From contig JAKAUO010000019.1 of the NCBI GenBank assembly GCA_021827715.1, forward strand, positions 3,290 through 67,289: a stretch of DNA of 64,000 bases. The letters run 5' to 3'. This document shows, piece by piece, positions 45,416-52,793 of the stretch (position 1 is the stretch's first letter; the number at the start of each line of letters is the position of its first letter). A program made the position numbers and the translations under genes. This DNA is from a bacterium (lineage in GTDB: Bacteria > Babelota > Babeliae > Babelales > Babelaceae). The notes beneath the pieces were generated by a model, which did no database searches, was not told where the DNA came from, and saw only the letters and a program-made list of their open reading frames with translations.

Positions 45416-46645
45416 ATGATAAGACTTATAATTCGACTTGCCTTAGCCCATATTTACCGTGCGACTGGTCAAAAAAATATATCTCTTATGATAAAAATTT
45501 GTTTTGCTGCGCTGACCATAAGCACCTTTTCACTTACTTTAGTGGTGGCTGTTATGAATGGATTCCAGAAAGAAACCGCCAAGAAATTACAAGGAATTCA
45601 TGCAGACATTATCATTAAAGCGCCAGCAGAAGCTTTAGATTATGAAAAACTTATCACGGTTATAAAAAAAGAATTTATCGCTGAGATTCAACAGGCATCT
45701 CCCCAGGCTATCAGCAATGTTATCCTTAAATCTAACAAGCATGACACTCTTTCTCCGTTGAGTGTATGTATCGGCATTGATCCACAACGCGAGAACGAGG
45801 TAACAACTCTTTTTAGCATGTTGAGCTCACCTGAAAATCCATTGCTGCAAATAGCGGGCAATCGGATCCTGATTGGAAAAACTGCAGCTCAAGTATTAGA
45901 TGCCACACCCCAAGAGCCTATAAGCTTGTTATATATCCCTGAAGAACCACAAAAAAGAAAAATTACGCTGGAAGAAACACACGCTGTTATTGGCGGCACG
46001 TTTAGAACAGGAATTGAAGAATTTGATACTGCAGTAGTATTTTGTAATCTCGATTTTTTTAAAAAAACATTTAAAAATAGTGATGTTTCCCAGATAGTTC
46101 TTAAGTGCAAGCCGGGTATAAATCTTGAGCAGTGCGCTCACGCGTTAAAAAAACGCTTTGGGCAACTTGAAGTTTATACCTGGAAAGAGTTATATCCCGC
46201 ACTTGTTTCTGCATTAGCGCTTGAAAAATATGCCGCCTTTATTATTTTAGCACTCTGTGCATTGATTGCAGCAATGAATTGCCTGGCACTTATCTTTATG
46301 TTTATCACCCAGAAAAAAATGGAAATTGTGATACTCAAAACCATGGGCATGCGTGATAAGGATATCAGCTTAATCTTTCTTCTTATCGGCTTTATGATCA
46401 CCTTAGCGTCCACTATATTCGGCATTATTCTTTCTGCAGGTGCCGGATGGTTCTTGCAGCGCTATCCGCTTATTACCTTACCAGATGCCTATTACGTTGA
46501 TCATTTACCGGTTGATTTAGATTTCCCTTTAATACTTGCTGTTTTTTGTACCATGCTTGCCTTAGGGACTTTCGCTTCATACATTCCTTCACGCAGGATA
46601 CATACTTTTTCTATAGCGCATCTTCTTAAATTTGGAGCCGAATGA
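45416..46645 (+). CDS. LolC/LolE-type (FtsX-family) ABC transporter permease
   Basis: N-terminal TM + VMNGFQKE, a MacB-like periplasmic domain, and 3 C-terminal TMs (FtsX fold). Confidence 0.75.
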   Translation: MIRLIIRLALAHIYRATGQKNISLMIKICFAALTISTFSLTLVVAVMNGFQKETAKKLQGIHADIIIKAPAEALDYEKLITVIKKEFIAEIQQASPQAISNVILKSNKHDTLSPLSVCIGIDPQRENEVTTLFSMLSSPENPLLQIAGNRILIGKTAAQVLDATPQEPISLLYIPEEPQKRKITLEETHAVIGGTFRTGIEEFDTAVVFCNLDFFKKTFKNSDVSQIVLKCKPGINLEQCAHALKKRFGQLEVYTWKELYPALVSALALEKYAAFIILALCALIAAMNCLALIFMFITQKKMEIVILKTMGMRDKDISLIFLLIGFMITLASTIFGIILSAGAGWFLQRYPLITLPDAYYVDHLPVDLDFPLILAVFCTMLALGTFASYIPSRRIHTFSIAHLLKFGAE

Positions 46646-47697
46646 TGAAACGCATTCCAATGCTGGACTGGAAGTTAATGAACAAAAGAGTGTTTGTACG
46701 TGCCGATTTGAACACCAAACTTTCAGGAACATCGGTTCCTCACAGTTTAAAATTTAAACGACTACTGCCTACGCTTGCCTATCTTAAAAAAGCTGGGGCG
46801 CAAATCACCCTTGCAACACATATTGATCGGCCTACGCATTTTCAACCCGAATTTTCAACACGACAACTGACCCATTTTTTAAATCAAGAAGGGTTTTCTT
46901 GTCTGTATAGTACCCCAGAAAGTCTTTCAGCTCTTTTAGAACATGAACATGATATTATGCTGCTTGAAAACCTGAGGTTTTACCCAGAAGAAGAGACCAA
47001 TTCTCGAAATTTTGCTCATAAAATAACACAAAAATGTGACTACTTTGTCGAAGATGGCTTTGGTGTGTTAGCGCGCAAGGAAACCTCACACACCCCCGCT
47101 GCCGAGCTTTTCAAGCCAGAAAAAAGATCTATTGGGCTTTTGGTTGCAGAAGAATTGGAACATTTACAGCCCGTGAAAAAAAATCCCAAACAGCCTTATT
47201 TAGTCATGGTTGGCGGCGGAAAAGGTGAAGAAAAAATCAAGACACTGTATCATTTTCTTGATAAAGCTACTCATATTGCGCTTTTGCCGGGGCTTTCGGA
47301 ATTGCCGGAAGCGTATGATTTCATTCAGGACGCGCACAAGCATTCTGTTACCCTTTTGCTCCCTGAAGATTATGTAATGATTGATGATAAAAAAATCAGT
47401 ATTGGCACTCAGACACTAAAACAATGGCGCCCTATTATTCTTTCTATGCAGACCATCATTTACAATGGGTTGATGGGTTTTATCTCAGAACCAGAAACTA
47501 CTGCTATGACGCATGCTTTATTTGAACTTTTTAAGCAAAGTGAAGCTGAAAAAATTATTATTGCCGGGGGCGATACCACCTTTGCTGCACAACAATGGCA
47601 TATCCATGGGGAGAAGATTTTTCTTTCAACAGGCGGCGGCGCCACCTTAAGTTATCTCGCGGGTCAAAAATTGCCCGGGCTTAAGATTGTGACGTAA
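46642..47697 (+). CDS. pgk: phosphoglycerate kinase (short, divergent)
   Basis: VRADLN, ENLRFYPEEE, VGGGKGEEKI, YNGLMGF, AGGDT, STGGGATLSYLAGQKLPG. 351 aa vs about 390-400 typical. ATGA overlap with the preceding gene. Confidence 0.8.
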   Translation: MMKRIPMLDWKLMNKRVFVRADLNTKLSGTSVPHSLKFKRLLPTLAYLKKAGAQITLATHIDRPTHFQPEFSTRQLTHFLNQEGFSCLYSTPESLSALLEHEHDIMLLENLRFYPEEETNSRNFAHKITQKCDYFVEDGFGVLARKETSHTPAAELFKPEKRSIGLLVAEELEHLQPVKKNPKQPYLVMVGGGKGEEKIKTLYHFLDKATHIALLPGLSELPEAYDFIQDAHKHSVTLLLPEDYVMIDDKKISIGTQTLKQWRPIILSMQTIIYNGLMGFISEPETTAMTHALFELFKQSEAEKIIIAGGDTTFAAQQWHIHGEKIFLSTGGGATLSYLAGQKLPGLKIVT

Positions 47698-47833
47698 TGA
47701 ACTAACAACGTACATTATTATAAAATCTCAGCTCGAAGCAACAAATTACAGGTTTGTCGCAACAGAAAAATAATAATTGCGCAACGCGTCTAGAGGGGTA
47801 AAGCAACATGTTCCAATTAAAATTCTATGACAT
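47632..47833 (+). repeat. direct repeat copy A (pgk 3' end plus about 135 nt downstream)
   Basis: Aligns with 48911-49114. The core 47665-47833 vs 48947-49114 differs at about 7 positions by eye. Confidence 0.85.
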
Positions 47834-47895
47834 ATACTTATACGAAAAGGAAGAGTAGTTCGTTTTTTTAAACCTATTACTCAAAAGGAGTGATC

Positions 47896-47955
47896 ATGTT
47901 ACAATGGTCAAAGAATAATTCAACATTTTTAAAAAAAGGCAGCTATTTACTTTGA
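47896..47955 (+). CDS. 19-codon leader ORF with the only strong RBS of the cassette (possible 5' part of a recoded gene)
   Basis: aaggag at 47885-47890, 5 nt before the ATG. Contains A7 run 47931-47937 in A_AAA_AAA register. Confidence 0.3.
   Translation: MLQWSKNNSTFLKKGSYLL
47931..47937 (+). other. A_AAA_AAA heptamer (potential -1 frameshift / poly-A slippage site 1)
   Basis: In the frame of ORF 47896 the codons are tta aaa aaa ggc. The -1 frame is open from here into ORF 47958. Confidence 0.4.
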
Positions 47956-47957
47956 TT

Positions 47958-48089
47958 ATGCATACTATCAGAGCTAAATCGATCGCCATGTATTTTATAG
48001 CATTCTTGTGCTTGAATATATGTGCATCTGAACTTATGATACATGAAAAAGGCCTATTAACATCTGAAAAATTTGATGTAAAAAAATAG
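47958..48089 (+). CDS. 43-codon ORF with a signal-peptide-like segment (middle part of a possible recoded gene)
   Basis: MHTIRAKSIAMYFIAFLCLNICASE.... Ends gta aaa aaa tag, an A7 run immediately followed by a stop codon. Confidence 0.3.
   Translation: MHTIRAKSIAMYFIAFLCLNICASELMIHEKGLLTSEKFDVKK
48080..48086 (+). other. A_AAA_AAA heptamer followed by a TAG stop (potential -1 frameshift / slippage site 2)
   Basis: The -1 frame from 48086 reads IVKSKDDYFILTKHGVHKVHRHDVSQSLRE and runs without a stop into ATG 48176. Confidence 0.4.
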
Positions 48090-48175
48090 TAAAAAGCAAA
48101 GACGACTATTTTATTCTTACCAAACATGGAGTTCATAAGGTTCATAGACATGACGTTTCTCAATCATTAAGAGAA

Positions 48176-48508
48176 ATGAATGACGAACAATTGACCCATT
48201 TCTTGAATGGTAATAATGGCGTTATCAAGGTTTGTCGTTTCGCTAATGGTGAATTCAAGCTTGATAGACATGTTCGTGGAAATGGTGGCGGCGCTATAGG
48301 GGCGGCTGTGGGAGTTGTGGCTGGAACTGCTGTGGTGCAAGGAGTTGCTCATGGAACAATTTGGACAATTGCTGCATGCACCGGCCCATTCGTATTTTTC
48401 GTTGGATATGCACTTGAAGCTGCGTGTGCCCCTGCTATTGCCTCTGCAACTGTATATGCAGCCGCAGTTGGTGGTTTGACTGGCGCAGTTGCAACAGGCC
48501 CCATTTGA
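48176..48508 (+). CDS. Gly/Ala-rich hydrophobic (glycine-zipper, bacteriocin-like) membrane peptide
   Basis: 110 aa. GNGGGAIGAAVGVVAGTAVVQGVAHG...AAAVGGLTGAVATGPI. The reading frame is open upstream to 48075. Confidence 0.55.
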   Translation: MNDEQLTHFLNGNNGVIKVCRFANGEFKLDRHVRGNGGGAIGAAVGVVAGTAVVQGVAHGTIWTIAACTGPFVFFVGYALEAACAPAIASATVYAAAVGGLTGAVATGPI

Positions 48509-48520
48509 TAGGGAAGTACT

Positions 48521-48625
48521 ATGTTTTATTGGTATGAACAAGTGCTACTATCATTTCCTATGGTAGTATTACTATACTTCCTGAAGTTTTATGTCATATT
48601 ACCTTACCTGAGAAATAAAAAATGA
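48521..48625 (+). CDS. 34-aa hydrophobic mini-protein
   Basis: MFYWYEQVLLSFPMVVLLYFLKFYVILPYLRNKK. ggaag 5 nt upstream. The stop overlaps the next ATG (ATGA). Confidence 0.35.
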   Translation: MFYWYEQVLLSFPMVVLLYFLKFYVILPYLRNKK

Positions 48626-48753
48626 CGCAGTTTGAACATAATATGATTGCCGGCGTTATACACATAATTCTTTGGATGTTTGTTTATCAACATCATTTTT
48701 ATGATGAAGAAGAACATCAATGGTGGATGAAATTCTGGAGTAAATTCTTTTAA
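48622..48753 (+). CDS. 43-aa mini-protein with one TM segment
   Basis: MTQFEHNMIAGVIHIILWMFVYQHHFYDEEEHQWWMKFWSKFF. ATGA coupling to the preceding mini-ORF. Confidence 0.35.
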   Translation: MTQFEHNMIAGVIHIILWMFVYQHHFYDEEEHQWWMKFWSKFF

Positions 48754-48784
48754 TAAAATCTTATCACATTTGGCCTATAATTTT

Positions 48785-48836
48785 ACAAAAGAGAAGTACT
48801 GAACAGCATTAAATCTGCAAAGTGCTTCTCTTTTGT
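48785..48836 (+). terminator. long hairpin downstream of the cassette ORFs (terminator-like)
   Basis: acaaaagagaagtact (48785-48800) pairs with agtgcttctcttttgt (48821-48836): 16 bp with one G-U. No clean T-run after it. Confidence 0.35.
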
Positions 48837-48910
48837 ATATCCATAAAACATATTCTTTAATTTTGCCAAGAACATCTCACTGTTATTTATTAGTGCAAAG
48901 TTTTATTTCT

Positions 48911-49114
48911 GGAGGCCAATGGACGCTATTTAAGCTACTTGCGGGACAAAAATTGCCCGGGCTTAAGATTGCGACGTAATGAACTAACAACGTACATTAT
49001 TATAAAATCTCAGCTCAAGCAACAAATTACAGGTTTGTCGCAATAGAAAAATAATAATTGCGCAACACGTCTAGAGGGGTAAAGCAACATGCTTCAATTA
49101 AAATTCTATGCCAT
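48911..49114 (+). repeat. direct repeat copy B, including a decayed pgk 3' relic (48911-48979)
   Basis: Encodes GGQWTLFKLLAGQKLPGLKIAT* vs the pgk C-terminus GGGATLSYLAGQKLPGLKIVT*. The downstream 135 nt are near-identical to copy A. Confidence 0.85.
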
Positions 49115-49233
49115 CAGGACTTTGCTCTAATACAATAACCGCCATCTAATCTCTGTTATTTAAAAAATAACCCATGTTTTTTGAAACGATTTTACGATTG
49201 AATCGAATATCTTAATGAATTTATTAGAAATCA

Positions 49234-49741
49234 TCATGTCAAACTCTTGACTGAATCAAATAAAAATGGCTCACTTTTTTTGTCAAAGAAAAACGAATTT
49301 TTCAAAAAATCTGATTTTAACCAGTAACTCTCTACTAGATTGGATCTCTTAGAATCGACCCTATCAATACTTTTATAATATCCAGCATGAGAAACTTTAA
49401 AAACTGATGATCTATTCAAGAAAAACAAAAAGCCTAAAAGTCGCCAGAGCGGTGAAAATGACGACACAATCGCAAAAACATTTCAAAATCACCATAGACC
49501 ATTTTCATATTATAGCGATACAATCAGCTTTATCATGCATTAGTCAAAGTCCTGCTAATATTTCATCTTTCGCTGTTCTACTTGAATCTTTAACTATTGA
49601 TTCAAAGAGCTTTTCATTATCAATCTTAAAAGCAAATGCCGCAGCACTGAAAGTAAAAAGGATATCGCGCGTAAGAGGTCTATAGCGCATTAAATTCATA
49701 AATTTATTATGGTGGATCACCGATCGAGTCGGGGATGACAC
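49234..49741 (-). pseudogene. possible fragmented gene remnant (two out-of-frame ORF pieces)
   Basis: ORFs 49544-49741 and 49234-49467 lie on the same strand in different frames, with no RBS or recognisable domain, in a low-coding-density region next to repeat copy B. Confidence 0.2.
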
Positions 49742-49779
49742 TTTGAAGGTGTCAACGTGCCAAGTTTTGCACTAGGAAA

Positions 49780-49947
49780 CTATTTAGTTCTTGGGAACCA
49801 TTTGTCCTGGAGGTAGTTGCCCATATTAGAGCCCCTATTTTGATGCTTCTCATCATATTGCTTATCAAGATGGTCAACATCTTTACGACTATTTTCACCT
49901 TTAGTATGCTTAGACGAATTCTTTTTATTCTTTTTAACTAATTTCAT
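49780..49947 (-). CDS. 55-aa basic hydrophilic mini-protein
   Basis: aaggag RBS 7 nt upstream of the ATG. MKLVKKNKKNSSKHTKGENSRKDVDHLDKQYDEKHQNRGSNMGNYLQDKWFPRTK. Below the ORF-track cutoff. Confidence 0.35.
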   Translation of the reverse strand: MKLVKKNKKNSSKHTKGENSRKDVDHLDKQYDEKHQNRGSNMGNYLQDKWFPRTK

Positions 49948-50008
49948 TACCCTACTCCTTAAAATTATAACTATATACTTTAAGGATACATAATAAAAGA
50001 TTAAAAAA

Positions 50009-50920
50009 TCAACGGTTTTTCAAAGTTTTAGAGCCAAATTGGTCGATATAAAAGACCAGCAGGCCTAAAAAGATAAGGCCGCCGCCGAGTATAATCGGCC
50101 AACTTACGGGTTCCGCCAAGAAAATATAGGCAAAAAAGGTGACTAATAAGGGAATAGAAAAGCCAGCAAGTGAAACAAGCGTGGCAGAATGGTGCTTAAG
50201 GCTTTGGGCATACAGGGTGTAACCCACAATATTGCCTCCAATAATAGTAAAAAGAAAAGCGGCAAAAAAGTAAGGGTAAGACGTTATATCATACACCTTC
50301 AGCTGGCCATTTAACGCGGCGCCTGCCAGCGCCATAACCCCGGCGCTTAATTGCATTAAAGTATTAATTTGTATTGGCGTATAATGGCCCTTGCGCAACA
50401 ACGATTGGACCAATATCCAACCATACCTACTGAGGATAACGGCACTTAAAATAGCAAGTTCAGGGTAAGAGATGCGCCAAAGCCACTCATACCCCATTTC
50501 AGGAGAAGACTTGGAAAGAATCACTACGAAAGTGCCTATTAAACCGATAACCATTCCTAATGTTTTAGTTATGGTAATTTTTTCATTAAACATGCAATAA
50601 ACCATAAAGGCGGTAATAAAAGGGTCAATACTTCCTAAAAGGGATTGTTTGCTTGCAAGCATATGTTTTAAAGACCATGCCTTGAGTAAAGCAGGTACCA
50701 AGGTGGTGCACGCTGCAATGATAAGCAAAAGAACCCTATCATTTTTTACTCGTTCATAGGTTAACCGTTCAGTCTGGTGCCAATGGTATACCATGAGTAT
50801 GCTTCCAGAAATGAGCATACGGAGCGCTACAAAAAATTCTGCAGAAATGCTGGAAAGTATATATTTATTACACACAATTCCGGCAGCAAGAAAAAGATAA
50901 GCAAGAAAGATATCGAGCAT
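50009..50920 (-). CDS. EamA-family (DMT) transporter, 10 TM
   Basis: 303 aa with two EamA-like 5-TM halves. Confidence 0.75.
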   Translation of the reverse strand: MLDIFLAYLFLAAGIVCNKYILSSISAEFFVALRMLISGSILMVYHWHQTERLTYERVKNDRVLLLIIAACTTLVPALLKAWSLKHMLASKQSLLGSIDPFITAFMVYCMFNEKITITKTLGMVIGLIGTFVVILSKSSPEMGYEWLWRISYPELAILSAVILSRYGWILVQSLLRKGHYTPIQINTLMQLSAGVMALAGAALNGQLKVYDITSYPYFFAAFLFTIIGGNIVGYTLYAQSLKHHSATLVSLAGFSIPLLVTFFAYIFLAEPVSWPIILGGGLIFLGLLVFYIDQFGSKTLKNR

Positions 50921-50955
50921 AATGTCCTGATTTTTTTAATATATTTTTAAGTATA

Positions 50956-51492
50956 TTAAAAAACAGGGCAAAATCCTAAAAAGCAGGTGCCTCGGGCGAA
51001 AACTTCCATATCCTCAATCTGAGATTCGTGTTTATCATAGACAAAGAGTCCCTGGTTTCCGTGCTTAAGGGGAAATCTATGAAAGCCCAAGTCACGTACA
51101 TCTAATTGATGAGCAATATCTTGCAGATAATCTTCAGGGTTTTTATGTTTACCATCGACTTGATCAGCATTCCCCTGCTGAATTGCGCGAACTTTCTGGT
51201 TAAAAGCATTATTCTGCATAAATTGGGTAAAATTTTCAGGTTCGTCCCAGAGAGAATGGTATTCTGGGTGTTCTTTTTTATTGTAGCCCGCTATACCTTT
51301 AAAACATTTAAAATCTGGGTTATCAATAAAAAAAGCTGCTTTAGGCATATTAAAACAATTTTCATGGCACAGTTCATACAAAATAAATTCCGAAACATTT
51401 TCTGTTCCATGAAGGCGTAAAATTTTTTCCGGAATAGTACTTAAAGACCTGAGAACTTGGGCATCGCGTGATAAGATTTCTGTGTTCTTCAT
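50956..51492 (-). CDS. hypothetical cytoplasmic protein (178 aa)
   Basis: Start set at MKNTEIL (AAGGA RBS 5 nt upstream). No recognisable motif. Confidence 0.5.
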   Translation of the reverse strand: MKNTEILSRDAQVLRSLSTIPEKILRLHGTENVSEFILYELCHENCFNMPKAAFFIDNPDFKCFKGIAGYNKKEHPEYHSLWDEPENFTQFMQNNAFNQKVRAIQQGNADQVDGKHKNPEDYLQDIAHQLDVRDLGFHRFPLKHGNQGLFVYDKHESQIEDMEVFARGTCFLGFCPVF

Positions 51493-51731
51493 GGACATCC
51501 TTTTTAAAAGGGGTTTACACATCTCACATGAATTAGTGTAACAACGAATAAAAATAAAAATCAAATTTCAATTATGAACCCCAGAAGAACAACTTATTTT
51601 ATAGCACCTCTTGATAAAGGCTCTCTGGATCAATACAATTGAATACATAATCGTAACTTGCTATCGCCAGATTCCCTGTGCTATTTTAAAGCGAGAACGT
51701 TAAATAGTCTTGGCCACTAACTATACTGTGT

Positions 51732-52793
51732 ATGCGTTATTTAAAATTACTCCTTGTACTCGTTTTCATTCTGACTTCATGTCGCCGCAGTGTGCACAGG
51801 CCTCAGAATAAAAAATTTCCAGAAATAGTAACATGTTGGCAAGATAATCCTGCTCAAACATTTCACTTAAAGAATTCTCATTTAGAACCAGCTCTGTTTT
51901 CGGTCTATAATAAAGAATATTTGGACTCAAAAAAATTACCTGCTGTTATAACTGATAGGCATCAATCTGGTATATTCTATCAGACCAACCTTCTTATAAA
52001 TGACTTAGAAGAAGTGGTCACACAGTTACAAAAAAGTAAGAAAAAAATTAAAAAATTAGATAATTTTACTATCCTTAAGCAGACCGATTATAATTACCTT
52101 AAACATACAGGCCTCATGGTGTTACGCCATAAAAAATATCCTTTTGTGGTAAAACTTTTCATGGAAACTCCTGAAAACTTTGTCAAACCCTTTAGCAGGG
52201 GAATAGAAGAATGTGCCTTCTTTGTGATGGGCGGCGGAATGAACCGTTATCTTGCCGGGTTTACCCGCATTCCTAACCGCAACGAAATTCAAAAAAAAAT
52301 TGAGAGCAATAGATACTGGAAAAGTTTGATAGATACCCCACGCAAATGGTTTTGGGAACCTCAAGAGAATCGCCGAATTTTCATACAAGGTAAAAATATC
52401 GGAACTCAGCAAAAGAGTATGGTACTTCCTAGTATTTATGCAATAGTCTGTGATGCTATAGAATCTGATCACGGCTTTAGTATTTTACGCCAAAATGATA
52501 GACATCTAGCGCTCTCAATAACGGAATTTTTAGGGATAAGAATCGACCCTCATATCAATAATTTTATGGTGGAAAAAGAGACTCAAAAAATTATTATCAT
52601 AGACACTGAGCATTTTCCGACCTTGATCGGCATAAAAGATGATTTTACTATTAATGATTTTATTACCTATTACTCACGATTAACCTTCAGATTCTTCACC
52701 AAAAAACTTTTATTTGATAAAAAAAACCTCAATGCGCTGCAAACACATCCGAGACCTGTTGTGTATCCATATGAGATTCATGGTGAAAAATAA
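51732..52793 (+). CDS. lipoprotein with a protein-kinase-like fold signature
   Basis: Lipobox FILTSC. YPFVVKLF (possible VAIK-like Lys). RIDPHINNFMV...IIIIDTEHF resembles the HxDxxxxN...D catalytic and Mg loops. Confidence 0.5.
   Translation: MRYLKLLLVLVFILTSCRRSVHRPQNKKFPEIVTCWQDNPAQTFHLKNSHLEPALFSVYNKEYLDSKKLPAVITDRHQSGIFYQTNLLINDLEEVVTQLQKSKKKIKKLDNFTILKQTDYNYLKHTGLMVLRHKKYPFVVKLFMETPENFVKPFSRGIEECAFFVMGGGMNRYLAGFTRIPNRNEIQKKIESNRYWKSLIDTPRKWFWEPQENRRIFIQGKNIGTQQKSMVLPSIYAIVCDAIESDHGFSILRQNDRHLALSITEFLGIRIDPHINNFMVEKETQKIIIIDTEHFPTLIGIKDDFTINDFITYYSRLTFRFFTKKLLFDKKNLNALQTHPRPVVYPYEIHGEK

Noticed and set aside
48167-48541. 124-aa Cys/Ser-rich ORF on the minus strand, antisense to the Gly/Ala-rich ORF
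   Set aside because: Its composition (S, C, N, T, A) is the mirror image of GGN/GCN codons on the plus strand. It has no RBS, and the plus-strand ORF gives a coherent glycine-zipper TM protein. It is treated as an antisense shadow ORF.
47700-48910. Prophage or integrative element with integrase between the pgk-end repeats
   Set aside because: No ORF in any frame resembles a tyrosine or serine recombinase or a transposase. Only the small peptide genes are present, so the mobilising function, if any, is not encoded here.
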